NCBI GenBank assembly: GCA_964016885.1
Contig: OZ024741.1
Coordinates: 319,982,001-320,046,000 of the forward strand
Origin: Eledone cirrhosa
Taxonomy: Eukaryota
Length of the DNA stretch: 64,000 bases
Direction: 5' to 3'
Position 1 is the first letter of the stretch. Every line of letters starts with the position of its first letter. A program made the position numbers and the translations under genes. Under the pieces are notes generated by a model. It did not search any database. It had not been told where the DNA came from and was given only the letters and a program-made list of their open reading frames with translations. Below, piece after piece: positions 13,531 through 28,189 of this stretch.

Positions 13531-13680
13531 ACTTTGCCTTAAAATAGCAAAAGTAAATAGTGAAGATTTAGCCCAGTACATACGTATGTGCCGACGGACA
13601 TACACATACATATACATACGCACACACAAATACACACGCACACACACACACACAATATATACATAAACTCAATATATACA

Positions 13681-13786
<106 letters not shown>

Positions 13787-14437
13787 GTTTATAGTGTGAT
13801 AACATATTGATATTTGTTGTAATTTGACTATAATAAGTGGAAATGAATGCTGTAAATCTAACTAAACTAGACATGATATCAACGGTTTTCAATTTCACAT
13901 CAGTATTCAATGATATATGATTTCCAGTCAGCTATGCAAGGGGATTATAGAGGATATGTTGTTAGGTTTTATAATAGCTATTTTTTTTTATATTCACAAT
14001 GTTCCTCGCCTAGCTCTGAATGCCAGGGTGTGAATGACGCTATCATTATCTCCAAATTCTCACGTGGCGTCAAATATGAACCGTTATTTTAGTAGTATGT
14101 GGAATATTAATTTCATGAAAACTCTTCCAATCTTGGTAACTCAAAGCAATAGAATATAAAGACAGCTGAAACCCAGCAACTGAATACACCGACACAGAAA
14201 GTGAAGAACTTCACCAACACTATCGAAAAGTTAATAAGGCAAAGCTGTGTGTTTTCTTCATTTCTATACCTTTTAGTGATTAATTTTGTTATAAAGACCA
14301 CAGGTTGGTGAAATGAAGGAAATCTGTAGAAAGATCATACATGTCTGACGGATGGGATCTCGTCAGGTGATATTGTACGGATACATACATACAACACGCG
14401 CGCACACACATACACACACACACAACGCACACACACA

Positions 14438-14571
<134 letters not shown>

Positions 14572-14945
14572 GTATATTTGCACTATATCTTTACTATTTC
14601 TTATTAGTTAATTCGTCGAAGCTTATTGCCATACATTCTGTGACCTCCCCAATGATTACTTGTTCCCTTCTATCTATGACGAAATAATTTTGACGGGCCA
14701 ATCAATAACTAATGATAAAGATAAAATGAAATTCATTGAGTGCGTGTGTTTATTTTAATGGAAATTCTGGCAACATGATCTTCCTCAAATATAATATATA
14801 AGTGTATGTGTTTGTTTGTGCGTGTGTGTTGACCATCCCCAAATATAACAATATTGGTTTCATATATATATATATCTCCATATATATATACATACATATA
14901 TATATAAACAATGAGATATGGTTTGTTGATTATTATTCAACAGAG

Positions 14946-14989
<44 letters not shown>

Positions 14990-14993
<4 letters not shown>

Positions 14994-15124
14994 AACCAAA
15001 TAATTATATATATATTTTTTTAAAATAAGACTCCAGTTGCATTTTCGATTTCATCTTTTTTTCTTTATACTTTCATTCGTGTAGGACACGTCGGTTATTT
15101 TTCGTTTTGTAAAAAAAACCTTAC

Positions 15125-15132
<8 letters not shown>
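14990..15132 (+). mobile_element. PLE pLTR-like tail fragment between (TA)n runs
   Basis: Reverse complement of ~40970-41112. Confidence 0.7.
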
Positions 15133-15202
<70 letters not shown>

Positions 15203-15217
15203 ATATATATATATACA

Positions 15218-15436
15218 TTCGAGAGTCGGTTGAAAAGTTCAAAGACTGAAAATGTCGTAGGTTGAACATGATGCTCTAATGGAATGATCAAATGAGGTTT
15301 ATTTTTTAACATAGTCTCTGGAAAGAAACAATGCAGTTATTAATATTAAGAGCTGAAATTAATGCATGCAATATTTCATAGAACTAGCATCCTTCTTTCA
15401 TAGTCAGTCTATGATTTTTTTCAGCCGAGCCTTGTA
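15218..15436. mobile_element. Mariner-type MITE
   Basis: Imperfect TIRs cgagagtcggttgaaaagttca / tgattttttttcagccgagccttg followed by TA. Confidence 0.55.
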
Positions 15437-16224
15437 TGTAGGCATATATTTGTACGTCAGTGGTTTGTTCCACGTTTGGTATTTCTAATACCATTAGTTA
15501 TTTTTTTTTTTCTTCATTTAAATAATTGTTCGTATGTGTAGGAAGTTTAAAGAGCTTCCATGTTTTTTTTTTTTTGTCTTTTGTTTTTGTTATTTCTTCT
15601 TTTTCTAAACAGCGTTGTTTATATTGCCTTTCTTTCGCTATTCATATCTCTCAGTCATTTCTACCAATACTTATATCTGCAGTCTTAATTATTTTCTGAT
15701 TTCAGAGAATTTAGTTTGCGTAGGATATTTTCTTAGAATATCATAACTTCCTGGTTCCATTCTTCATGGTTTATGGTTTTAGATGAAAATATTATAGATG
15801 TTGCTGTAAGTGTTTTCTATTTCTCAAGTTCATTATTCAGTTTGATTTATAGTACGAGCTCATATATATTATAGATAGGTTCTGTTTTCTTCTATAATGT
15901 TTCTTCATATTTTCTAATCTAGCACTTTCGGTATAACGTCTTAGACATTTTAAAAATATATATATTCTACTAGGCAAATATATTTGTGTAGATGTCTCAT
16001 TCTCTCTTCTCTCTGTCCGTCTCTCTCTTTCTTTCTCTCTGTCTATCTATCCATCTGCCCATATATATGCATACATACATACATACATACACACACACAC
16101 ATATATATATATATTTATATATATATTTATATATATATATATATGTATGTATATATATATATATATATAAATAAATATATATATATAGATGCGTGTGCGT
16201 ATGTATATATATATATATATGTGC

Positions 16225-16301
<77 letters not shown>

Positions 16302-16485
16302 TGCTTGTGTGTATGTATATATATATATATAGGTGTCTGTGTGTGTATAGACGTGCATACACCTATTGATACATATGATATTGCTGGATATGTCTACTTT
16401 ACTGAGAAATCGTCCCCAATACGTAAGTAGAGTATATATTTTCACTGAGGGTAAATGTACACACACACATATATATATATACACA

Positions 16486-16521
<36 letters not shown>

Positions 16522-16958
16522 CGCACACACACACACATACACACACACACATGTATATATATATGTATATATATATATGTATGTATTTATATGTATGTAT
16601 TTATACTGTAAACTTTCGTATTAAGCGATTTGTTTTTTCAGACATAATTCTTTATATCATCTGACATTTTATCTATAAACCAATATGATGTATTGTAATT
16701 GTTACCAATTTCTTTACGTTTTGCTTCTGTCTTGTTTCACACACACATAAAAGAAAAACCCAGAAACTTTGTGTTGAAGACATCAAAAAATGAGGAAACA
16801 GTTCTAAAACACACATTACTACGACGCAGAAAACGTAAGCGCTATTATTTACATCAAACACAGACGGGTACAAACACACACACACATAGAAGCACGCACA
16901 CAAACACACACTCACACAATAACACGCACATAAACACACACAAAAGCGCACACACATT

Positions 16959-17030
<72 letters not shown>

Positions 17031-18193
17031 CATACATACTTTTATATATTTACACTATATATATACATATATATACACATATATATATATATACATATTT
17101 ATATACATATATATGTATACATATATATATATACATATATATATATGTATACATATATATATATATTTTATATATATATATATATATGTTTGTAAGTATG
17201 TATATACGAATACATGCATGTATGTATATCTATGTATATGTATGTACGTACGTATGTATGTATGTATGTATGTATGTATGTATGTATGTATGTATGTATG
17301 TATGTATGTATGTATGTATGTATGTATGTGTGTATATATGTGTGTATGTATGTAGGAGAAATAATTTTCCTTTCACAAAAGTAGAAATATAAGAATATAT
17401 GACAATGTTTTATGTTGAAAATGTACTCATGGTCTTTAAATAATTTTTTTTAGCCTTTAATATATATTAAGTTACTATAACACTTTCAGAAATTTGTATC
17501 TGTTTTTCAGTCATTTTACAATGTAAATAAAATAAAATATGTTGAACGTTTTAAAATTAGATAAAATAAGATAAAATTTCATGAATCAATGTTCGACAGT
17601 TGCAGTAAAAAATATGAATGAAAATCTTAACGTACGTAACGAAAATGAACTCAGAGGTATACATTTAAATAAACATTTGTTTTAGTTGATAGAAAATAAC
17701 TTGTGTGCTCTCATGTTTCATCAATTCCAGCGGCTTCGTTGTTCTTCAGCGTTTTGAGACATTGTTGGGTAGTTTTCGTTCGGCTGAAGATAATGTGTTT
17801 TTTGGTTGGTCTGCGTTTTGTGTGCTATTGAATCTGACAGCTCGGTTTGATGGATGCCTTTTTAATGGATAGATTTTTTTCAAAAATACACTCGGTTAAA
17901 AACCAACAACGAAGTTATCTTAAAAAATTGTGTAATGAAGTTTACATAGGACGAATGGGATTAACCCTGGGATGCAGAATGACTGTTGACCATCGACATA
18001 TATAGGCTTCCAGTACCAAACACGTACATGTTAGGCAATATATACGCTTTTACTCTTTTAACTATTCCAGCCATCCAGTTGAGGTCATGCTGGGGCATCG
18101 CCCTCGTAAACTGAGTGCACGAGACATAGGTTTGAAACATCAGCCTTTGATATTAGGTATAAACGAAGTAACCATACGGCTAGCCTTCCATAT

Positions 18194-18229
<36 letters not shown>

Positions 18230-18572
18230 TTGTTGACAAATATATCAATATGCCCAGGCACGCAGATATATTGCCCTTGGTATTATTATTTTTTTTATTG
18301 TTTCTGATCATGCTGAGTAATACCTTCACTCATCCCTTGCTACTCTCTCCCAACCTCTTTATCATCTATTGCACCATTTAAGTAATACATTTTTGGTGTA
18401 ATTTTTAATTTTTTATTTTTGATGTAATTTTTTAAAGACATAACATTTTGTGCATCATGTATTCTGTCTTTTTCCATATAGCGCTGGCCTCGGGACCCCC
18501 CTGCTGGTCCTTTAACCTTGTTCTGGTGATGCAGCTCGATGGAGCATGCAACTATTGATATACTCTTGTTTA

Positions 18573-18622
18573 TAGGCTCTGATGATTCCTGCCATGGGGT
18601 ATGGATGAAACACTGTTAGCTA
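18573..18622 (+). ncRNA. Type I hammerhead ribozyme
   Basis: taggct CTGATGA ttcctgcc atgg ggtatggat GAAA cactg TT agcta, then aataaa; unit lies between (TA)n runs (18200-18685). Confidence 0.65.
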
Positions 18623-19209
18623 ATAAAACAATGTATTTCTAAGCACTCTTTGGTTATTCCTATAACTATATATATATATATATATTTTTTTTTTCTCTTT
18701 TCTTTAAATGTACAAAATACCAAATCTTCTTAATATACCAATGTATTGGTAACACCGCAGGTCAATTTTGGACAAATACAGGTAATATTTGTTTGAGAAA
18801 ATACAAACCAAGACTGAACATTATAACAATGCGATAGAATGAGTAAACGTAGAAGAATATTCCGCGTAACTAAAACAACTAAAAACAATTCTTTTTGAAA
18901 CTGGCAGAAGTATAGGAATTTATGGATGAGGGATTGTCGATCATATCGACCCTAGTACTCAATCCCGGAGGAATGAAATCCAAAAGTGACCTCGGCGAGA
19001 TTTGAATTTAGAATGTAAAGAACCGAAACAATTACTACACACTATGTTGTCCGATGCTCTAATGATTCTGTCAAACCATCAACCTTAAAAAGCAACAAAA
19101 TAATAAAATAAAATAAAAATATTATATATGTGGCACAAGTAATTTCAATGGCTGTCATTTCAAACATCACGTATGTCAAGCAACCAATCAATATAAAGGA
19201 ATATAACAG

Positions 19210-19434
19210 GTGTTTCCTGGGGTGCGAAATATTAATTTTGCATCCATTCAAGAACCCCGCGTTGGAGATCCTCTTTGCAGGATACTGAAATGCTCGGGTA
19301 TGTGTGAGTTGGCTGCCTGCAGGTGTGAGCCCTGTGTGGTAGAGTGGCTGTTCCACCGTATCTCCCTCGCCGTCCTTCGTGGCAATGTCTTCTCCATCCT
19401 GTCGGTCGGATCCACGAGGCGGACAACACATTAG
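19210..19434 (+). pseudogene. C-terminal fragment of a CRE-clade RLE non-LTR retrotransposon
   Basis: EWLFHRISLAVLRGNVFSIL resembles the terminal xLFQRLSxAxQRGNAxxxL motif of CRE elements. Confidence 0.55.
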
Positions 19435-20180
19435 GCTAGATGTGGATACATTTTCTGGAGCCAAACTGATGCATCAAATCGAGGAATAAGCTATGTGAGC
19501 CACGTCAACATCCCACAAAAAATGCACTCCTGTTTATGAAACCAAATAGCCAGACACCTACCAGCCAGTACAGTCAACGCTCAACGAACGCCATAAGTAA
19601 CCTAAATAGGTGATATTCACAAATAGGTGAATCATACACTATTTCACTTTGCAGATGACTTTAACACAACGCCTTTTATTCTCTATGCTAGGCAAATATG
19701 GTGTTATTTCTAACAATCTATCGTACCTGCCCGACATCCGTCATGTACTCCCTTTCAAGCCGTTTGTTTATCAAGTGATTTTTTTTCCTTTCGAAGATAT
19801 TCAAATGTAGCGGTCACTTGAAAATACCCCTAGTGTAGAGAACATCCCCCGAGGAGCCTATATTCTCACGGTTTTCGATATCCTATACATATATATATAT
19901 CCATACATATATATATATGTATAGTTTTATCCAATATGAACACATTTTTTACAAAATGTTTGTTTGTTGGCTTCAGTTCATTGTTATTTTTGTATTCAGC
20001 TCTAAATGATATTTTAACGTTTTTTCCACAAATTGATATAAGCGGATATTTTCCATCAACGGAATATGGCAATACTAAAATCTAAATACGATAACACTGA
20101 TTTATATCATATTACACTAAAGATATATAAAACACAATAAGGAAGTTCATTTAATCTAGATTACAATATGATAATGAATA

Positions 20181-21100
20181 TTAGTATTTGCTTGGATCAC
20201 CTACTGCATGCATTCTAGTTGTTATAGAATATAGAATATTCTTTAACCTTTCACAATTTGCTATTCTAAACCAAGTACTGATTATTGCTTCAATTAATTG
20301 TGGTCTGTTCCTCAGTTTGGAAACTAATATTAGCCTCTTCAGTTTTAACCATACATTTCCCCTCGGGTTAAGTTCGTACTTCTTTCCCAGCCACTGTAGA
20401 AGGTTTTTGTGTTGTCTTTTAACCATTCGCCACTGAATTCTGCTAAATACCATGGGGCACGGATTTGGAGAATAATTGCACCATTTGAATTATGTGGATG
20501 ACACAATGCTTTATTGTTGTTGATAGAAGGCTTCATTGTTGGTGTTATACACTCAGGTAATAAATCGTATTTCATCTGTAACTCATATTTCAAAATTTAT
20601 CTCATCTCTCTATATGCTTTGTACCGATTTTTTGCTGCACATCTCTTATGCTTTTGGCTAAGAAAAAACGTTTTCATTTCTGAAAAACATTCAGTTGTGG
20701 TGTCATTTTGCTATTTTTACATTAGATATAGTGTTTGCTCTATATTATGAATTAGATATAGTGTTTACAGTTCTTTCACTAAGAATGAACCCACTAGCTG
20801 CTATCATTTGCTGTATTCCTTTTCATATCGTCTGAAGACAGTTATAGTTAATCTAACACTATGGTTCATTATTTGGCACATGGTTTTGCTCCTTCGAGTT
20901 CTTTTCGCTGATTACTGTATTAAACATGTTGACAAAACGTTCTTCAACCAGATCTTCGTGCACCTTTTCCAAGTCTGGCTTTTTGTTAAAAGGTGTATTC
21001 TTTTTGAAGCTTTGCTTTCGTGTAGACAGTGTACCATCTTCGCTAAAATCACATGTCATGATGATACAGTGTATCTGAGGTTAAATATAGAGGGAAACAC
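20181..21100 (-). pseudogene. Decayed Tc1-like DDE transposase
   Basis: IILQ..APW..A....EWL...LLQW....ELNPRGNVWLKLKR...QLIEAI..TW..I...L..I..SITTR..AV....KY follows the Tc1 WPxxSPDLNPIENxW...TKY pattern; frameshifts and stops. Confidence 0.7.
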
Positions 21101-21111
21101 TATACGAAAAT

Positions 21112-21302
21112 AATTGTTTCTATTTTTGACACAAAGCCAGCAATTACCCAGTGCATTACTGGTACTTTATTTTATCGACCCCATAAGGATGAAAGGCAAA
21201 GTTAACCTCGGCGGGATTTGAACTCAGAATGGCAAGGGGCATAACTCTATGCGTCAAAACATGGTGTCCGACCCTCTACCGATATTGCCAATACATCACC
21301 GC
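21112..21302 (-). mobile_element. SINE family A with 15-bp TSD
   Basis: Full SINE; ctatacgaaaataat duplicated. Confidence 0.92.
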
Positions 21303-22615
21303 TATACGAAAATAATGTCGGAACATGCCTACAGGGGGTATATAATTTTGGAAAAATCATATATTTAGCAAATGCAATGAAAACTATTGATTCGCTATTA
21401 ATGTTTACGTATTTTTTGTATACCGTTCAAGTCTTTGAAAGATGCCTTCCAATGATGTATAAAAGATTTGGGCGATCTTATATTCCCTCATTTCATTCCG
21501 CTTTCAATATTCTCTATTACAATAAGAAGTCTTATAGGTGATGTACCTTGGTCACAGATTTTCTAAATAAATTGCATAAAGTTTGATGTATTCGCTTCAA
21601 TTACAACTGGTGCCTCAATGTGTCAAAGACTTTATGATAATCAATAAATCCTATAGGTTTCTAAATACAATAGTGTGTAGATGGTCGGTTGCTGAAACTC
21701 AATTCTTAATCCTGCCTGCTTGCGCTCGTTGTTGATTAACATCTAATAGAGTATCGATGTTATTTGTAAGCACCTACATGAATAGTCTGTATAAGAAGGT
21801 GATGGTGGTGGTGGTGGGAGTTCCGGATGTGTATTTTCTTTTAATTTGCCATGTCACAATTCTTGTATAAAAATGTGGCGATTCTAATTTTCCAGCTGCT
21901 GTGGATTTCATTTGATTCTATGCATTTTCTGAAAAGATCTGTAGCTTGACTACAAACTGGGTCTTCTACACATGGACTGGAGAAAATGTTAAATGGACTG
22001 ATGGGGAAAAATACAAAGTGAGTATTAAAATAAATATGCAGAAAACACAGGTTTTGTTAACAGTTGTACTTCAGGTAAAATGAAAATAGTTAATCATGAT
22101 ACTATAATAACACATGACGAGTATATTTCGTATGGACACCTTGTAAATATGGAATACCGCTACTAAGATAAATAGCTCAACTCAAAGCTGCATGAATTTA
22201 TCACACCCTACAAAATTCATCTCCCATCTGAACAAGCTGATATACACTGTTCAATAACAGAAAGGGTAGGACTTAATCGCCAATGCTTAAAGTGTGCCTG
22301 ACAATGAATCAAGAATTTACTGCAGGTATTCCTCAAAGATCATCTGCAAAAGATCTATTTGCTGTGGAAAATGGAAGCACACCTTATCAACCAAATGAAG
22401 TGCAAATGGCAGATTATTGATAATTATGTGAAATCCACATTTTCACCTCATTTGTGTAATAATTGTAATAGGTAACTATAATAGGTGAAGTAATAAAATG
22501 CAAAAGACTGTTGAACGAACAGCGGCATTCCATAAGAGCTGAGAGAAACTGGTATTTCGACTAGTATATATATCTCTCTCTATATATATATCTAGGGCGG
22601 GTAAAATTCCCGAGA

Positions 22616-22685
<70 letters not shown>

Positions 22686-22732
22686 TGGCAGAGAGTATGA
22701 GAGAGTGAGAAATTGTGTGTATGAGAGTGTGC

Positions 22733-22768
<36 letters not shown>

Positions 22769-22959
22769 GAAATTGTGTGTATGAGAGTGTACGTGAGAGA
22801 GAGAGAGAGAGAAAGAAGGAGAGAGAGAATAGGAGAATGGGAGAGGAGTGAGAGAAAGAAGAGAAACAATTTGTATGTATAGACTATTAACTTTAGAGTT
22901 GTAAGGGAGCCCATTCGGTGTAAATGTTGGGAGAGGGTGAAAAAGAGGAAGTGATGAAC

Positions 22960-23135
22960 AGTTGTAGAGTAAGAATTGACGCAAGTACTGGACTGGTACT
23001 TCTTTATCGACCTTGAAATCATGAAAGGCAAAAAGGATTTCGATGTGTTTCGAACTCAGAGCACAGAGAGCCAGTACGAGATTACCGCAAAGTCTCGTAT
23101 CCGACGTTCTAAGGGCTCTGTCAATTCGTTACCCT
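22960..23135 (-). mobile_element. Older diverged relative of SINE family A (similar copies at ~18925-19085, ~51960-52070, ~52090-52240)
   Basis: actggtactt..ttatcgacc...atgaaaggcaaa...ttcgaactcaga motif, more diverged. Confidence 0.65.
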
Positions 23136-23702
23136 GGAGAAAATATATGAACGAACAACAAAACAGCAAAGCAATCTGTCGAATATGTAAACCAACAAGA
23201 TAGAGAGCCAAACCAATGGTTAATCAGACCAAAGCATATAAATCGATAGAATAACGATTATATCGATTACATTGATATATTAAAGCCGTTAACTTCCTTG
23301 CTTGGATCATCATGGCGTGAAACTTAATAGAAAGATTTCCAAATTTGGTCGAGTCCATAGTATGTTTGCGGTGTGTGTGGGAGTGTGTGTGTGTGGGGGG
23401 GTTAGGTTGAAAGGTGGTTGGTAAGTTTCTGTAAATGTTTCGCAAGATGAATCCATCTTATGCACATTTAATCTGCTTATCTACGGTGCATTGATGCTTG
23501 ACTATACAGACATTACACTGGATATTTCTAAAGTTTGTATCCAACCATCGGGTTTATGCTTCAGCACTGCCATCTGTACTAGTATTGATACACACGCCAT
23601 ACCGACGCAACCGCCACACATACAGACACATACACACATACACACATACACACATACACACACATATAAATATATACATGCACACATGAATACATACATA
23701 CA

Positions 23703-23764
<62 letters not shown>

Positions 23765-23823
23765 TATATATATATATATGCACACATATATACTTACATA
23801 CGTAAGTATACATACACACACAC

Positions 23824-23877
<54 letters not shown>

Positions 23878-24207
23878 TAAATGTAAATATGTAAAATCTC
23901 TGTTTCACACAATGAAACAACGCACGGAATTTAAAAGGGATCCGGTTTCAATCAATTGAACAGATGTAGAATACAAAGTTGTTGTTGATATTAGTGAACC
24001 ATGGGAATGGAAGGCGCAATAGAACCCACATAAATTGTGAATACGTATCATAGCACTTAAAATATTGCAGGATTTTAGGAGGTAGCATCGACTGAATTCT
24101 GATAGTAGCCCATACAGCCAGTTATTGTGGGTATTAAACCTATCTATCTATCTATCTTTCAACCAACACGCACACATACACACATACACACAGACACACA
24201 CGCACAC

Positions 24208-24305
<98 letters not shown>

Positions 24306-24357
24306 TTTTTTCCAATTTCACCTCGCCCGTCCCTTCAACCTATCCTATTTCTCATTC

Positions 24358-24395
24358 TTTCTTCCGATGAAGGACTAGCGTCCGAAATGTTAAAA
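24358..24395 (+). ncRNA. Degenerate minimal hammerhead-like motif
   Basis: ccgatga a ggac tagc gtcc gaaa tgtta; stem I weak. Confidence 0.45.
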
Positions 24396-24512
24396 CCCTC
24401 TTCCTGCTATTGCAAGCGTTAACCTAATATATTGCTTCCATATACTGTACCGATTGTGTTGTTATTTATGTTTACCATTTACATACAAATTTTTATATAT
24501 ATATATATATAT

Positions 24513-24707
24513 AAGATGTTAGCGTCCTTTATTAATTGAGCCTCTTCTGGGGGGACCAGCAAAGTTCATTTTAGTCTGCTCCCTTCCACATAAAATTGCC
24601 TCAGATATGTTACCTTTTAATCAATTTTTGCTGTCTGAAGAGATCACGATATTTATCGTCATTTAAACATATATAACGGCTCAATTAATAAAGGACTCTA
24701 ACATCTT
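24513..24707 (+). mobile_element. Fold-back PLE-like unit with 30-bp inverted arms enclosing an HHR
   Basis: aagatgttagcgtcctttattaattgagcc / ggctcaattaataaaggactctaacatctt; abuts (TA)n. Confidence 0.75.
24630..24680 (+). ncRNA. Type I hammerhead ribozyme with G12 mutated
   Basis: gctgt CTGAAGA gatcacgat attt atcgtcatt tAAA catata TA acggc. Confidence 0.6.
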
Positions 24708-24794
24708 CAACTTCGATTTTCATCTTCATTAATATATTCCGTCACCCTGTTCTTAGGAAGTAATATGGCGTTGAGTCATCCTTGCATACCGAAT

Positions 24795-24985
24795 AGGTGA
24801 AAATTGGCACTATCGGTAGAGGTTCGGACGCCATGCTTTGACTCATAGAATTACGGCCCTTGCCATTCTGAGTTCAAATCCCGCCGAAGTTAACTTTGCC
24901 TTTCATCCTTACGGGCTTGATAAAATAAAGTACCAGTAATGTACTGGGTTTTTGCTGGCCTTGTGCCAATAGTAGAAACAATTAT
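24795..24985 (+). mobile_element. SINE family A
   Basis: A/B boxes, body and tail. Confidence 0.9.
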
Positions 24986-25309
24986 ATATATATATATATT
25001 TATATATATGTATGTATGTGTATATATATATATATATATGTGTGTGTGCGTGTGTGTATGTGTGACGGCTGTCACAAAAGTAACCGACTTTCTTTTCTTT
25101 TTTTTTCGCGTGCCAAGTGTTAACATTAGTGAGTCAAAAGTAAGGTGAATAAAGCCGCATACATTCACGCGCATGACTGGCTTTGGGCGAGCTTGGTGGA
25201 TGCCTCAGTTACAGTTAGGCAGCCAGTATGTAAGGTTTTGTACCATTTACGCATCGCTTTTTCGTTTAGCTCGATACTGCTCGGCACCTTGAGTTACTGG
25301 ATTTTGGAC

Positions 25310-25387
<78 letters not shown>

Positions 25388-25761
25388 CGTATGCATATAT
25401 ATATATATATACATACATTCATATATATATATATGATTTAGACTTGGTGTCAAATTTTCATTACGTTTATTGAGGCGTGAAGCGCGTTTCACAATTGATC
25501 AGCTCATGGTTCGATGACTATGAATCTAAATCTCATTGGACATGGTGCAGTGACGGAATCATTCTGACATTCTAAGCACATGTCTTTAATATCAGAGCTG
25601 TGATCACTCAATTAGGTGAAGTGGCGACTCAACCAGGAGCGACTTTCGAATCTCTGAGCTACACACTCTATCGGATAACGTCACTCCAAAGGCTCTTCGG
25701 AGAAACTCCATTTCGGACTCTTGTATTCGCGATCGTATTCTTTCGGTCATTATCCAATATT

Positions 25762-25950
25762 AATTGTTTCTACTTTTGGCACAAGGCCAGCAATTATTCC
25801 AGTGCATTACTGGTACTTTATTTTATCGACCCCGTAAGGATGAAAGGCCAAGTTAACCTCGGCGGGATTTGAACTCAGATCATAAAGGGACGTAACTCTA
25901 TGCTTCAAAGCATGGTGTCCGACTCTCTACCGATACTGCCAATCCACCCC
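25762..25950 (-). mobile_element. SINE family A with 11-bp TSD
   Basis: ccaatattaat on both sides. Confidence 0.9.
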
Positions 25951-26139
25951 AATATTAATGACCATATGTAAGTCCTGCCTCACATCTGCTATCAAGAATG
26001 CGCCTGGGGTTCTCCTCTCTTCAGTGTGGTGCATCCTTGGGGGATAGATAGAATACTTTGCTGATCACTTTGACCTAGTCCTAACAATATCTTCCGATCA
26101 CTAACCGCGCGAGAAAGATCACTAACCGCGAGAAGGCTG

Positions 26140-26560
26140 AGTAATTAAAGGGCTCAAATGTAGAAAGGTCTCTGGGGAGGAGGATGAAATTCGGCCCACG
26201 ATGTTAAAAACCTCAATTAGAGAATATATTCTCTGTCTGATTCGTGTGTGCTGGGTCACCTGGATCTCTGGAAGGCACCTAAGCAATGGCAATCGGGAGT
26301 GATAATCCCAATTTCCAAAAATGATATTGAGAGAGACTGCCTCAATTATAGCGTCTATGCTAAGTGTGTGGCTAAGAGATATAGGGGTATATTCAATTCT
26401 AAACTAGCTGACGAACATTGTCGTTTTCGCCCCGGACACAGCACACTGAGACAGGTCTTTGAGAAATAGTAGAAGTATTATCAAGAAATGTATGCTTCTT
26501 TCGTAGACCTCGAAAATACACATGGCCGCGTTCCACAGGACATACTGTGAAAGGTTCTGC
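26140..26560 (+). pseudogene. RTE-like RT fragment
   Basis: GEDEIRPTMLK..KAPKQWQSGVIIPISK..RDCLNY..FRPGHST..FVDLE. Confidence 0.65.
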
Positions 26561-26604
26561 ATAAGTCTTCAGTCTTTTATGTCTCTATTCGATTATTTAT
26601 ATAT

Positions 26605-26903
26605 AACTGTTTCTACTTTTGGCACAAAGCCAGCAAATACCCACTGCATTACTGGTACTTTATTTTATCGACCCCGTAAGGCAAAGTTAACCTCAGCTGG
26701 ATTTGAACTCAGAAGGGAAAGGGCCGTAACTCTATGCATCAAAGCATGGCGTCCGACCTTCTACCGATACTGCCAATCCATCGCCCTATTTATATATTAT
26801 TTATATATAATTGTTTCTACTTTTGGCACAAGGCCAGCAATTACCCAGTGCATCTATAGTCAAAGCATGGGGTCCGACCCTCTACCGATACTGCTAATCC
26901 ACA
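26605..26903 (-). mobile_element. Two tandem SINE family A copies (second internally deleted)
   Basis: Family motifs at 26605-26787 and 26808-26903. Confidence 0.85.
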
Positions 26904-27141
26904 TTTATATATAACACAATCTAGATTCATCTGATACTTCGGTGTCCTAGATTATGCAGCCCGATTCCGTATGTACTTTTAATTGTTTACCTTATTAGAT
27001 GGACGACAGTAAGTGATCTATTTTTTTTAAATAATTTTTTCGAGAATTTAGATCAATTGGAGATGTTTCCTTCTATCAATACCTACTGAAGGCGTGCTTG
27101 AAAATTCCGCCCCCACGATCCTCCCAGGAATAAGCGGGCAA

Positions 27142-27252
27142 CAAGAAGAAGAAGAAGAAGAAGAAGAAGAAGAAGAAGAAGAAGAAGAAGAAGAAGAAGA
27201 AGAAGAAGAAGAAGAAGAAGAAGAAGAAGAAGAAGAAGAAGAAGAAGAAGAA
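27142..27252. repeat. (GAA)n triplet repeat, ~37 units
   Basis: Directly visible; a shorter (GAA)n lies at ~50088-50137. Confidence 0.95.
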
Positions 27253-27703
27253 TGTGTTTCTTTTGCAAAATTGTAGGGAACGTTAGCATTTTTTTTTACT
27301 GCAGTGATTTTCTAATGTTCATGGGAACACCTTATTCTGTGAGTAACATTCTTAAGTGGGTTCCTTTTCTTTCGTTGATTTAAGTATTACATTCACTGGA
27401 GAGTTAGTCCTTTGTCTCTTGACAACTTTCCTGAAAGTGGGAAGGATATTGTTGCGAACTTTAACATTTCCCGCTGGGACATGATTAATGCATATAATTT
27501 ACATTATTGGCAGCATATTTCAGTTTTAGGCTTTTGTCTTGAATACGGAGAATTTAATGCCAGTTAATCCTAGGGATCTCGTTATTGATTTTTAGTCAGA
27601 TTGAGTGTTTTATGTGAGGTACTTAGCGAAAATGAACACACACACATCACTTACATAAACACACGCGTGCATAAACAGACACAGATACACACATAAACAT
27701 ATA

Positions 27704-27764
<61 letters not shown>

Positions 27765-28189
27765 ATTTATATGTATATATATATAACTCTGTGTATATGT
27801 GTCTTTATATATATATAACTCTGTGTTTGTAAATGTGTCTTTATATATATATACACACACACGTGCACACACGCACATACATACACATGCGCGCGCACAC
27901 ACGCACATATACACACATGCGCACGCAGGCACACACACACACACACACAAACATATACACACACATGTATATATATATATATATATACATTGAATCAATC
28001 GAATTCACAAAGCCTTGAGCAAGCTTTGAATTTTGTAGGCATATTAGCTTAAAGGGGATTATATGCCCAATGTTAAAACCAGAAAATATAAATTATTAAA
28101 CAGTTAAGATATGTACGCCCATTAATAACACACCGTCAATATATTTTGTATAATCAAAGCTACATAGTCGTTTAGCACATTCATGTCTT

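Noticed and set aside
17700-17770. ctgaaga...gaaac on the minus strand
   Set aside because: No stems; it reads as LINE coding debris (KTLKNNEAAGIDE).
27083-27289. Poly-E / poly-L ORFs
   Set aside because: They come from a (GAA)n repeat with no exon context.
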